Source of the DNA: Planctomycetota bacterium
GTDB lineage: Bacteria > Planctomycetota > UBA1135 > UBA2386
DNA length: 32,000 nt
Direction of reading: 5' to 3'
Assembly (NCBI GenBank): GCA_041168165.1
Contig: JBEELK010000153.1
Location: 1-32,000 of the forward strand
A program made the position numbers and the translations under genes. Below, piece by piece: positions 24,297-32,000 of the stretch; the stretch's first letter is position 1, and the number at the start of each line of letters is the position of its first letter. Under the pieces are notes generated by a model that had not been told where the DNA came from, searched no databases, and worked only from the letters and a program-made list of their open reading frames with translations.

Positions 24297-25091
24297 TCAG
24301 TGCCCTTCGTGGCGCAGTTCGCAGCTCTCGTAGACCGGGCCTTCGGTGCAGGTCTTGGAGTAGGGCCAGCCCTTGAAGCGCGGGCCCTGGACCGCGACCG
24401 AGCAGCCGTTGCAGACGCCGTAGCCGCAGGCCATGTAGGTCTCGAGCGACAGGAAGCAGCGGAGGCCGCGCGCCTCGCAGACCTTGGCAACGGCGTGCAT
24501 CATCGGGTCCGGCCCGCAGCAGAACACGACCGCGCCCTTCTCGATCTCGCCGCGGTCGAGTTGCGCCTCCAGCAGCGCCGTCACGCGACCGTGGAAGCCG
24601 TAGCTGCCGTCGTCGGTCGACGCGGACAGCCGCGCGATCCCAGCAAAGTCCTCCATGCCGGCGAGCGACGGACGGTTGCGGCCGCCGAACAACAGGCGCA
24701 GCGGCGACTTGCCCTGCGCGGCGCGTTCGCGCGCGAGCAACAAGAACGGCGCGAGGCCGACGCCGCCTGCGATGCAGACGGGATCGTCGAACTCGCTGGA
24801 GTAGGGCTGCCCGAGCGGGCCGGTCAGGTGCACACGTTCGCCAGGCTTCTGGTCGACCAGCGCGCGCGTGCCGGGCCCCACCGCCTTGATCAAGAAGCTG
24901 CCGAAGCTGCCGTCCGCGGCGCGGTCGTAGATCGAGAACGGGCGCGGCAGCATCACCGGCCAGCGGTGCTCCGTGCGCAGCATGTAGAACTGGCCCGGCC
25001 GCGACGGCGGGATCGGGCCGTCGACTTCGAGCGCGTAGCTGTCGCCGCCAAGGTCGCGCACGGCGCGGACGGTGTGGAGCCGGGTCTGCAT
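24297..25091 (-). CDS. pyrK: dihydroorotate dehydrogenase electron-transfer subunit-like FAD/NAD(P)-binding 2Fe-2S protein
   Basis: FNR-like motifs RPFSIYD, GPLGQPY, IAGGVGLAPF and CCGPDPMM. C-terminal 2Fe-2S cluster motif MACGYGVCNGCSV...KTCTEGPVYE. No pyrD is adjacent. Confidence 0.75.
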   Translation of the reverse strand: MQTRLHTVRAVRDLGGDSYALEVDGPIPPSRPGQFYMLRTEHRWPVMLPRPFSIYDRAADGSFGSFLIKAVGPGTRALVDQKPGERVHLTGPLGQPYSSEFDDPVCIAGGVGLAPFLLLARERAAQGKSPLRLLFGGRNRPSLAGMEDFAGIARLSASTDDGSYGFHGRVTALLEAQLDRGEIEKGAVVFCCGPDPMMHAVAKVCEARGLRCFLSLETYMACGYGVCNGCSVAVQGPRFKGWPYSKTCTEGPVYESCELRHEGH

Positions 25092-25428
25092 GGGGCGCAG
25101 TGGGTATCCGCTCGGCGCGGCGAGAGCAAGCCGCGCGTCGCCGGACGCGAGTAGTGGAAGCCACCGGAGGCCCTTTTTCGCATCGCCAAAAAAGCTGCGT
25201 CGCGTCGTTCAGTTTTCTGGGCCTTGTGGAAAACGCTGCAAGCTCGTGCGTGGCATTTGGATGCCCTTCGTCGCGCTGCCGCATTTCCACATCGCGAAGC
25301 GGCCGCAAGTGGGACTGCGCACAACTGGGCATCCACGCATCCTCGACCTCAGATCGATGCGCTCCCCACGAGATTGAGGAGCAGACCTTCCTGCGTCCTC
25401 ACGAGCAGGAACCCTTCGTGGAGGGGTC

Positions 25429-26523
25429 ATGGGCTATTGGAAAGCGGCGGCGTTGGTCTCGCTCTGTGTCGTGGCGGGCGCACAGACGATGTCGATGGGT
25501 TATGGCGAAGGGTGCTCCGCGCGACGTGCGAGCTTCTATGAACACTGGGCTCCCGGCGCCTGCGATATGAACGCGTTCAACGGGATTCCTACGGGCTTCA
25601 CGATGATCCAGCATGACTCCGGCTGGTTCGTATTGCCGCTGCAGTCGGCTTGGCGTCCGCCCGCCGCCAACGCAGGCGCAGTGACTTTCGGCCCAGACGG
25701 CATGTCGCAGCCCTTTCCTCTTGGCTTCTCATTTCATTACCCCGGAGGCGATTCCGACTCCGTGTGGGTCCACGAGGATGGCTTCGCATGCCTGGGCTCA
25801 AGCCCCTACTACGTGGCGTACATGCCGCCGGCCATGCGCTTCCTCAACGGCGGCCCGTGCATCGCGGCATTTTGGACTGAGCTCGACTCCGCGACATGTG
25901 GATCCGTTCGCGTGGATTCGGACCCCGTCGCCTCGCAATGGACTTCCGTCACATGGAGCGGAGTGCGTGAAACGGGGACGGCAAACACAAGCAGCTTCCA
26001 AGCTGTCCTCTACGCGAGCGGGCAGATCGATGTCGTGATGCTCTCCTGCAATGCGAATAGCCACGCGGCATTGTCGGGATGGTCCCCGGGCTATGGCGCG
26101 ACACAGCCAGGGACCTGCGACCTCTCCACACTCAGTTCCAACATGGTGGTCACGTTCCCGGATCGCGATCCTCTGCAACTGCAGACCTGCGACGCACCCC
26201 GACTCGGCGCGACTGTGGTGATGGAGACCTCGGGCATGCCCGAGCATGTGAAGTTCGTCTTCACTGCCATCGGCTCTCAAGGATTTGACCCGGGCATTGA
26301 CCTGACGACCTTGGGCGCAACCGCGTGCAGTCAGCACGCGAGTTACGAAACAGGAATCATGACCATGGTCTATCAGGGCTCGGCGATGTTGGTGCTAATC
26401 GTGCCGCAGCTGAGCGCATTGGTCGGGACCACCGCCTACCTGCAATCCGTTGCATTCGATCGCGGGGCGAACCCAGCTGGCGTGCTGCTGTCCAACGGGT
26501 TTGCGTTGCAAGTGACGCCGTAG
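25429..26523 (+). CDS. secreted hypothetical protein, paralogue C (nidogen/NIDO-like N-terminal region plus the shared C-terminal module)
   Basis: ATG preceded by GGAGGGG. Signal peptide MGYWKAAALVSLCVVAGAQT. NIDO-like pattern FPLGFSFHYPG...VWVHEDGFACLG...IAAFWTELD...GSVRVD...FQAVLYASGQIDVVM. C-terminal module GSAMLVLIVPQLSALVGTTAYLQSVAFDRGANPAGVLLSNGFALQVTP. Confidence 0.65.
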   Translation: MGYWKAAALVSLCVVAGAQTMSMGYGEGCSARRASFYEHWAPGACDMNAFNGIPTGFTMIQHDSGWFVLPLQSAWRPPAANAGAVTFGPDGMSQPFPLGFSFHYPGGDSDSVWVHEDGFACLGSSPYYVAYMPPAMRFLNGGPCIAAFWTELDSATCGSVRVDSDPVASQWTSVTWSGVRETGTANTSSFQAVLYASGQIDVVMLSCNANSHAALSGWSPGYGATQPGTCDLSTLSSNMVVTFPDRDPLQLQTCDAPRLGATVVMETSGMPEHVKFVFTAIGSQGFDPGIDLTTLGATACSQHASYETGIMTMVYQGSAMLVLIVPQLSALVGTTAYLQSVAFDRGANPAGVLLSNGFALQVTP

Positions 26524-26535
26524 CGAGAGCCGCGA

Positions 26536-28095
26536 TCACGAACTGCACGACAGCGCCGAGCAGCCCGGCTTGTCCTTGGCCCAGTCGGGCCGCTTTTGCG
26601 CGAGGTCGTCCTCGCCAGACTGCTCGTCGTAGGGTCGCGCAAGAACGCGCTGCAATCGATGGAGCTTGCTCGCGTCGCCGGCGGTGGCGGCGTCGATCGC
26701 TTCTTGCGCGAGCCAGTTGCGCAGCACGAACTTGGGGTTTGCGCGGTTGATCGCTTCTGCTGCGACTTCGACATCGCGCGCTTCGCTGCGCGCGCGCACG
26801 CGCCACTGCTGAAGCCACGACAGGCCCTCTTCGACCGCGTCCTTTGCAGGCTCGCCGTAGAACGCAGCGCGCACGCAACTCGGCAACTCGCGCAACTCCT
26901 CCATGCGCAGCACCTGCGAAAGCGAGCGGAAGAAGATCGTCATGTCGACGCCGTGCTGCTGTAGCCACGCAAACAAGCGCTGCACGAGTTGGCCATCGCC
27001 TGCGTCGTCGCCGATGCGAATGCCGAGCTTCTTGGAAAACTGCGCGCGCGCCTCGTCGGCATACGCGGACTCGTAGGCCGACAGCGCGCTCTCGCCGCTG
27101 CGCTCGTCGTCGCCAATCAGCGGCAACAACGCGTCGCAGAAGCGCGCGACGTTCCACATGCCGACTCCTGGCTGATTGCCAAACGCGTAGCGCTTGTGCT
27201 GCGCATCCGTCGTGTTTGGCGTCCAACCGAAGTCGAAGTTGTCGACCCAGCCATACGGCCCGTAGTCGATCGTGAGCCCGAGCAGCGACATGTTGTCGGT
27301 GTTCATCACGCCGTGCACAAAGCCGACCGCTTGCCACTGCGCGATCAGCCGCGCGGTGCGCACCGCGACTTCGTGCATCAACGCCTCGTAGACGCTGCGC
27401 GACGGCGCGCCGAGTTGCGCAAAGAACTGTGCAATCGCGAAGTCCGTCAATTGCTGCAGCAACGCATGGTCGCCGCGCGAACTCGGCAACTCGAAGTTGC
27501 CAAACCGCAAGAACGACGGCGCCACGCGACAGACGATCGCGCCCGGCTCCGCCTTGGCGTTGCCGTCGTAGAACATGTCGCGCACGACCGCGTCGCCTGT
27601 AGCGACCAGCGACAGCGCGCGAGTCGTCGGAACGCCGAGCGCATGCATCGCTTCACTGCACAAGAACTCGCGAATCGACGAACGCAGCACGGCGCGGCCA
27701 TCGGCGCGGCGCGAATACGGCGTGGGGCCAGCGCCCTTCAATTGCAGTTCGTGAATGCGCCCGTCGGGCCCTTCGAGTTCGCCCAGCGTGATCGCGCGAC
27801 CGTCGCCGAGTTGGCCAGCCCAGTTGCCAAACTGGTGGCCGCCATAGTTGGCCGCATACGGCTCCATGCCATCCCACGTGGCATTGCCGCCGAGCACGTT
27901 CGCTGCGTCCTGGGACTCCACGTGCGCCTCGATGCCGAGCTCTGCCGCAAGCGAACGCGACCACGCCAGCATGCGCGGCGACGCAACCGTCGTGGGCATC
28001 ACGCGCGACCACAGCGCACCGTGGACTTGGCGCGAGACCACGCGCGTGTCCGGGTCGCCGGGAAGGCTGTCGAGAAAGCGGCGGTGAAAGCGCAC
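26536..28095 (-). CDS. selO: protein adenylyltransferase SelO (YdiU/UPF0061)
   Basis: Motifs YGGHQFGNWAGQLGDGRA, LKGAGPTPYSRRADGRAVLRSSIREFL, RVAPSFLRFG and HGVMNTDNMS. The C-terminal ...CSALSCSS matches the bacterial SelO terminus. Start set at GTG 28095 (MRFHRRFLDSLPGDP, the typical family N-terminus). The ORF is open to GTG 28200. Confidence 0.9.
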   Translation of the reverse strand: MRFHRRFLDSLPGDPDTRVVSRQVHGALWSRVMPTTVASPRMLAWSRSLAAELGIEAHVESQDAANVLGGNATWDGMEPYAANYGGHQFGNWAGQLGDGRAITLGELEGPDGRIHELQLKGAGPTPYSRRADGRAVLRSSIREFLCSEAMHALGVPTTRALSLVATGDAVVRDMFYDGNAKAEPGAIVCRVAPSFLRFGNFELPSSRGDHALLQQLTDFAIAQFFAQLGAPSRSVYEALMHEVAVRTARLIAQWQAVGFVHGVMNTDNMSLLGLTIDYGPYGWVDNFDFGWTPNTTDAQHKRYAFGNQPGVGMWNVARFCDALLPLIGDDERSGESALSAYESAYADEARAQFSKKLGIRIGDDAGDGQLVQRLFAWLQQHGVDMTIFFRSLSQVLRMEELRELPSCVRAAFYGEPAKDAVEEGLSWLQQWRVRARSEARDVEVAAEAINRANPKFVLRNWLAQEAIDAATAGDASKLHRLQRVLARPYDEQSGEDDLAQKRPDWAKDKPGCSALSCSS

Positions 28096-28213
28096 GGGAT
28101 AACTCGGCGAGCATGGGCCGCGAATGCAACATGCGCAACCTACGCTCACGCGGGCGCACCGAGATCTCAGGCCGCGGACATGGGCCTTCGCGGGAATCAC
28201 CCGGCCCTGCTCG

Positions 28214-29914
28214 TCAGAGGCCGCTTCCCTCCATGCGCTCCTGCGGGCAGCCGCCCACCGCTTCCCGCCGCGTCTCGACTACTTCCACGCAGTCCGTCAT
28301 CTCTGCGCCACACGCGCCGCCGAGGATTACGAGCAGCGAACCGTGCGCGACCATGCGGTGAACGATGCGCGGAGTCGAACGGGCAAAGATCTCCCAACTC
28401 CGCTCATCCTCCGCGAGCCGCAGGATCTCCCCGCTCGCGACGCCGACGTAAACCCGGCCATCCACCATCGCCGCCGCGGGACCGAACCCGTTGCGCGCAT
28501 CGCCGGGCAGTTGGGGAGCCTTCGTCCAGGTGCTCGTCGGCACGTGCAGCACATCAACGTCGAGACTGGGCTTGTCGTTCTCGTCAAAACCGCCGACGGC
28601 GAAGACGCGCTCGCCATTTGCCACCGCCGCCAGCGCGCGGCGACGGAAGGGCTGCGGCAGTTCGCGCCACGCAAGCGTCGGCGACGCGAGGTCGAGAACC
28701 AGCGTGGTCGATGGGAAGTCACCGCGGCGAGCAGCGCCTTGCATCGTCCAACCGCCGAGCAGCAGCAACGCGTCGCCAACGACGGCAACGCCGTGTGAGG
28801 AACGCGCGACGGGCAGCCTCGGCAGTTCGCGCCACTGCTCCCTGTTGACCGCAGCCAAGAAGGCTGCCTCATCGAGCGAATGATTGTCCGCCTCTTCTCC
28901 GTCCTCGTTGCGCGGCTGCATTCCGCCGGCTCGAAGCACGCGACCTGCATGCACAGCGAGGTCGAGTCCTTGCGCACGCGGGCCAGCGGGCAGAGTCTCC
29001 CACTGCGGCTGGCCACGGACCAAGTCATCCAGCCGCACACGCTCAAAGCGATCGGACACCGTGGCCGTCGAGTAATCGTGCCGATCGCCCGTGTGGCCAC
29101 CGTAGACGTAGAGCCAGCCGTCGTGCGCCACCGCGCCAAAACTCGCAACAGGGCGAGGCAGCGAGCCCGCCGCGCGCACTGCAGTCACGGCTCGCCGATC
29201 CATAGCCGCACCAATCGGCTTCGACGCATGCGGGTCTGGCAGGTCGGCCACGAACGTCGCGTAGCGACGCACCTGCGTGAACGTGCGTCCTCCTGCTTCG
29301 CCCGACTCGCTCTTCCAGTCGCGCGCCCACGCGCCAATGCGCCCTGGCATCAGCGGCGGCGTTCGACCATTCGCGTCGGTCTCGATCTCAAGATCCGAGC
29401 CATCGGGCAGCAACAGGTGCATCGGTCGCCGCGCCGCCGGTGCGCCGTCAACCAACAGGCGCAGGTGGTAGCAGTGATGACCAACTTCGGCGACGAACTC
29501 AACCGGGGCCGAAGTCGACCGCCGCGCCGACTCCTCCAAGGGATCGCCGACCACCGACTTCACGTGGTAGACAAGTCGATGCGCGGGGCCGGCTTTGCGT
29601 TCATGCACGCCCAGATCCACGGTGCCGTGCAGCACGCGAGTGCCAGAGCCCGGCAGCGCGACCGAGAACGACTCCTGCTCCACGTCCGCGGGCGGTGCCG
29701 CGAGCGGGCGATCGACGCCGGCAGCGTCGCGGACGAAGAGTTTTGCGTCGGCGAGTAACGACACGGAGACATCGGGATCTGCCTCCAGCGTTTCGCTCAT
29801 GACGAGGACAGCCGTCGCACCGTCGGCGGCGGGCACAAGGAACGGGAAGTGCGCCTTCAGCGCGCCTGCGACGACGGTCGCGAGGAACAGGACGGGCAAC
29901 AGGGGGCGATTCAT
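28214..29914 (-). CDS. secreted fusion protein: DUF4198-like periplasmic domain plus six-blade Kelch beta-propeller
   Basis: ORF 28214..29980 trimmed to ATG 29914 (MNRPLLPVLFLATVVAGALKA signal). The N-terminal ~250 aa fit the DUF4198 layout (AHFPFLVP..., LLLPDGSDLEIETDANGR). The C-terminal half has Kelch blades (GWLYVYGGHTG, LLLLGGWT, RVFAVGGFD, GRVYVGV, LLVILGG). Confidence 0.7.
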   Translation of the reverse strand: MNRPLLPVLFLATVVAGALKAHFPFLVPAADGATAVLVMSETLEADPDVSVSLLADAKLFVRDAAGVDRPLAAPPADVEQESFSVALPGSGTRVLHGTVDLGVHERKAGPAHRLVYHVKSVVGDPLEESARRSTSAPVEFVAEVGHHCYHLRLLVDGAPAARRPMHLLLPDGSDLEIETDANGRTPPLMPGRIGAWARDWKSESGEAGGRTFTQVRRYATFVADLPDPHASKPIGAAMDRRAVTAVRAAGSLPRPVASFGAVAHDGWLYVYGGHTGDRHDYSTATVSDRFERVRLDDLVRGQPQWETLPAGPRAQGLDLAVHAGRVLRAGGMQPRNEDGEEADNHSLDEAAFLAAVNREQWRELPRLPVARSSHGVAVVGDALLLLGGWTMQGAARRGDFPSTTLVLDLASPTLAWRELPQPFRRRALAAVANGERVFAVGGFDENDKPSLDVDVLHVPTSTWTKAPQLPGDARNGFGPAAAMVDGRVYVGVASGEILRLAEDERSWEIFARSTPRIVHRMVAHGSLLVILGGACGAEMTDCVEVVETRREAVGGCPQERMEGSGL

Positions 29915-29929
29915 GTTCGAGCTCGGATC

Positions 29930-29990
29930 TTGACCTTCTTGCGATTGAGTCTCAATAGCAACAATGTAGATTGTGCTCATCGAAGATCAA
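29930..29990. promoter_or_regulatory. low-GC divergent promoter island with two palindromes
   Basis: Palindromes ATTGAG-T-CTCAAT (29944..29956) and ACAAT-gtag-ATTGT (29961..29974). Sigma70-like hexamers on the minus strand: TTGATC (29990..29985)-N16-TACATT (29968..29963). On the plus strand: TTGAGT (29945..29950)-N16-TAGATT (29967..29972). The palindromes overlap the -10 and start regions. Confidence 0.35.
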
Positions 29991-30060
29991 GCGAGGAGTC
30001 CGTCAAGGTCCGCCCGAAGTCACGGCTCGCATCTACTCCATCGCCCAGTAGGGTTCGCGC

Positions 30061-31038
30061 ATGCTCGACCTCGCAGGGCTCTCCACTCCTGTCATCGCCC
30101 TCGTGCTCGCAGTCGCGCTTGCGGTCCTGGTCGGCGGCGCCAAGGTGTTCACCACCGCAGCCGAACGCGTTGGCCTCTCACTAGGCATGTCGCCGTTCGC
30201 CGTCGGCATCTTCATCGTCGCGATCGGCACCTCGCTGCCAGAACTCGTGGCTTCGACGCTCGCGTCTGTGAACGGCACGTCCGAGGTCGTCAGCGGCAAC
30301 GTGCTTGGATCCAACACGGCGCTGCTCCTGCTGGTCCTCGGCCTCGTCGCCGCGGTGTCCAAGAAGGGCATCGACCTTGGCGAGAGCTACATCGCGATCG
30401 ACCTCAACTTTCTGATCGGCGCCGCCGCGTTGCTGGCCCTGGTGATGGTCGACGGTCACGTCGGTCGCCTCGAGTCCGTCGTTCTGCTCCTCTGCTACAC
30501 GGCCTACACCGGCTACCTGCTGACCGACGGCAGGTCGGCCTCCGCCGACGAGGCCTTTGACGCGGCAATGCCCGTCGCCAAGGCCAAAGGGGTGCGCGCA
30601 GCGGACATCGGCATGCTGCTCTTGGCCGGCGTCCTGATCTTCGTCGGCGCCGACACGGCGCTCGACACTCTGCTCATCGTCGCCGAACGCGCCGGCATGT
30701 CGCCGGCTCTCGCGTCGCTGACCATCCTGTCGCTCGGCACCACGCTGCCCGAGACCGCCGTCAGCATCACTGCCGCATTCCGCGGCCGCGCCGAGATGGC
30801 CGTTGGCAACATCCTCGGCTCCTGCATCTTCAACAGCTTCGTCGTGGTTGGCGTCGCCGCAGCCGTAAGCCCGGTGCTCGTGCCGCCCGAACTGATGCGC
30901 CTCCCGCTGCCGTGCTTTCTCGGCGCCACTCTGCTGTTCTACCTGCTGACCAACGACCGCAAGGTCTCGCGCTGGGAAGGCATGCTCTTCGTCGCCTGCT
31001 ACTTGCTGCTGGTCGCGGAGCTGGCGGGATTGGCCTGA
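30061..31038 (+). CDS. Ca2+/cation antiporter (CaCA family, YrbG-like sodium/calcium exchanger membrane protein)
   Basis: Two alpha-repeat motifs, GTSLPELVAS and GTTLPETAVS, each followed by GN(V/I)LGS. About 10 TM helices. Confidence 0.88.
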   Translation: MLDLAGLSTPVIALVLAVALAVLVGGAKVFTTAAERVGLSLGMSPFAVGIFIVAIGTSLPELVASTLASVNGTSEVVSGNVLGSNTALLLLVLGLVAAVSKKGIDLGESYIAIDLNFLIGAAALLALVMVDGHVGRLESVVLLLCYTAYTGYLLTDGRSASADEAFDAAMPVAKAKGVRAADIGMLLLAGVLIFVGADTALDTLLIVAERAGMSPALASLTILSLGTTLPETAVSITAAFRGRAEMAVGNILGSCIFNSFVVVGVAAAVSPVLVPPELMRLPLPCFLGATLLFYLLTNDRKVSRWEGMLFVACYLLLVAELAGLA

Positions 31039-31128
31039 ACCAGGGCGTCCGAGACAGGGGATTCGTCGGAGCCGTTCGCGTCGCTGATTTGCCCGCCTGG
31101 GAGGCCAGCTCCATACTCTTCGCCCCCG

Positions 31129-31743
31129 ATGCCCGACTCCCCCTCGCTTTGGACCTGGATCCTGCTGCCGCTGATCGGCGGCGTGATCGGGCTGGTCACC
31201 AACTACATCGCCGTGAAGATGATCTTCCGGCCGCTCAAGCGGCGGCGGATCCTCTTCGTCCCGTTCCACGGGCTCGTGCCGCGGCGGCAGAAGGAGCTCG
31301 CGAAGTCGATCGGCAAGGTCGTCGGCTCGCACCTCGTCGAGCACAAGGACATCGTCAGGACGTTTGAGCAGCTCGACTTCGATGACTTGCTCGCCGGCGT
31401 CTTGGAACGCGGCATCCAGCCGAAGATCCAAGAACTGCGCTCGCTGCCGCTGATCGGAGGATTCCTGACGGAGGAGCGCGTCGGCGACATCAAAAACGCG
31501 ATCCAGAGCAGCATCCTGCAACGCAAGCAGCTGATCCTCGACGAGATCGAGCGAGCGCTCGTGAAGGGCCTCGACGTGCAGAAGATGGTCGAGGAGAAGG
31601 TCGCTGCCTTCCCCGTGCTGAAGCTGGAGCAGCTGATCCTCGACGTCGCGAAGAAGGAGCTGCAGGCGATCACTTGGTGGGGCGGAGTTCTCGGCGCGCT
31701 CATCGGTCTCTTGCAGGTCGCCGTCGTCTGGTTCTTCCCGTGA
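31129..31743 (+). CDS. DUF445 family membrane protein
   Basis: N-terminal GGVIGLVTNYIAVKMIFRP...FHGLVPRRQKELAKSIGKVV and C-terminal WWGGVLGALIGLLQ are typical of DUF445 (YheB-like) proteins. Confidence 0.75.
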   Translation: MPDSPSLWTWILLPLIGGVIGLVTNYIAVKMIFRPLKRRRILFVPFHGLVPRRQKELAKSIGKVVGSHLVEHKDIVRTFEQLDFDDLLAGVLERGIQPKIQELRSLPLIGGFLTEERVGDIKNAIQSSILQRKQLILDEIERALVKGLDVQKMVEEKVAAFPVLKLEQLILDVAKKELQAITWWGGVLGALIGLLQVAVVWFFP

Positions 31744-31791
31744 GCCTGTTACTGCACGCCTCCTCGACCGCTAGCTGAGCCCCGACCCCGC

Positions 31792-32000
31792 ATGTCCCGC
31801 ACACTCGCCATGATGTCCCTCGCTTCGCTCGCGTTCTTGTGCATCGCTCCGCTCGCGGCGCAGCAGCAAGAGCAGAAGGTGTCGAGCGGCTACCCCGACA
31901 AGGACATCCTGTCGCCGTTCCGCAATCCCGACGAGATTGCGGCGCCGCCGGACGCGCTGTTTGCCGCGCTGCGCACGATGCGCCGCATCGCCGACGATCC
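31792..32000 (+). CDS. secreted hypothetical protein (5' part only, runs off the window)
   Basis: Hand-translated: ATG 31792 gives MSRTLAMMSLASLAFLCIAPLAAQQQEQKVSSGYPDKDILSPF..., a signal peptide with an open frame to the window end. High third-position GC. Confidence 0.45.
   Translation, partial: MSRTLAMMSLASLAFLCIAPLAAQQQEQKVSSGYPDKDILSPFRNPDEIAAPPDALFAALRTMRRIADD

Noticed and set aside
25251-25265. Sigma54-like element TGGCATttggaTGCC upstream of the 25429 gene
   Set aside because: The GG-to-GC spacing is one nucleotide shorter than the TGGCAC-N5-TTGC consensus, and no enhancer-binding protein gene is nearby. Most likely a chance match.
25092-25428. T5/A6 runs (cccTTTTTcgcatcgccAAAAAAgc, about 25171..25197) as a terminator
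   Set aside because: There is only a weak AT stem with no GC-rich hairpin, and it lies in a divergent promoter region with no upstream gene on either strand to terminate. More likely AT-rich promoter or UP-element-like DNA.
26989-28848. 619-aa ORF on the plus strand, and similar long ORFs at 26357..27337 (-), 7763..9049 (-), 8553..9569 (+), 30181..31521 (-), 23974..25332 (-) and 1171..2253 (+)
   Set aside because: Their composition is extremely Arg/Ala/Pro-rich and they have no recognisable motifs. Each overlaps, antisense or out of frame, a gene with clear family signatures (SelO, HEAT-like protein, CaCA, PyrK and others). These are typical shadow ORFs of high-GC DNA.
1-32000. Mobile element, prophage, defence island or CRISPR content
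   Set aside because: I saw no integrase, transposase or recombinase motifs, no terminal inverted or long direct repeats, no repeat-spacer arrays, and no abrupt large-scale composition shift. Only short AT-richer intergenic patches are present.

Overview
High-GC bacterial chromosomal DNA, densely coding on both strands: about 29 CDS, with the last one running off the window end. By eye there is no rRNA, tRNA, CRISPR array, transposase, integrase or phage gene. Recognisable genes: a DAACS symporter, a hybrid histidine kinase, an extended-SDR epimerase, ribosomal protein L33 (54 aa, absent from the ORF track), an SDR / enoyl-CoA hydratase / acyl-CoA dehydrogenase operon, a flagellar-type MotA-MotB stator pair, a microbial-type PARG macrodomain protein, a PaaK-family adenylating ligase, a YedE-type membrane protein, an NfsB-like nitroreductase, a PyrK-like FAD/2Fe-2S protein, SelO, a CaCA exchanger and a DUF445 protein. 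Between them sit many lineage-specific secreted or membrane proteins. The gene content (DUF4388, CarboxypepD_reg repeat protein, many orphan signal-peptide proteins) suggests a Planctomycetota- or Myxococcota-like lineage, but that is inference only. Observations worth follow-up: (1) three secreted paralogues share an unnamed C-terminal module; (2) two strong minus-strand intrinsic terminators follow 150-260 nt with no convincing gene, so each could mark an sRNA, a leader or a long UTR; (3) a DUF4388 gene sits next to motAB with no other flagellar genes nearby; (4) a PARG-like gene is followed by a PaaK-like ligase and a tightly coupled 73-aa ORF; (5) a DUF4198-Kelch fusion lies upstream of selO, behind a low-GC promoter island with two palindromes. 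I could not demonstrate a single clear-cut novel system from sequence alone, so scores are modest. Many long Arg/Ala-rich ORFs in the six-frame track are shadow ORFs typical of high-GC DNA and were not called.
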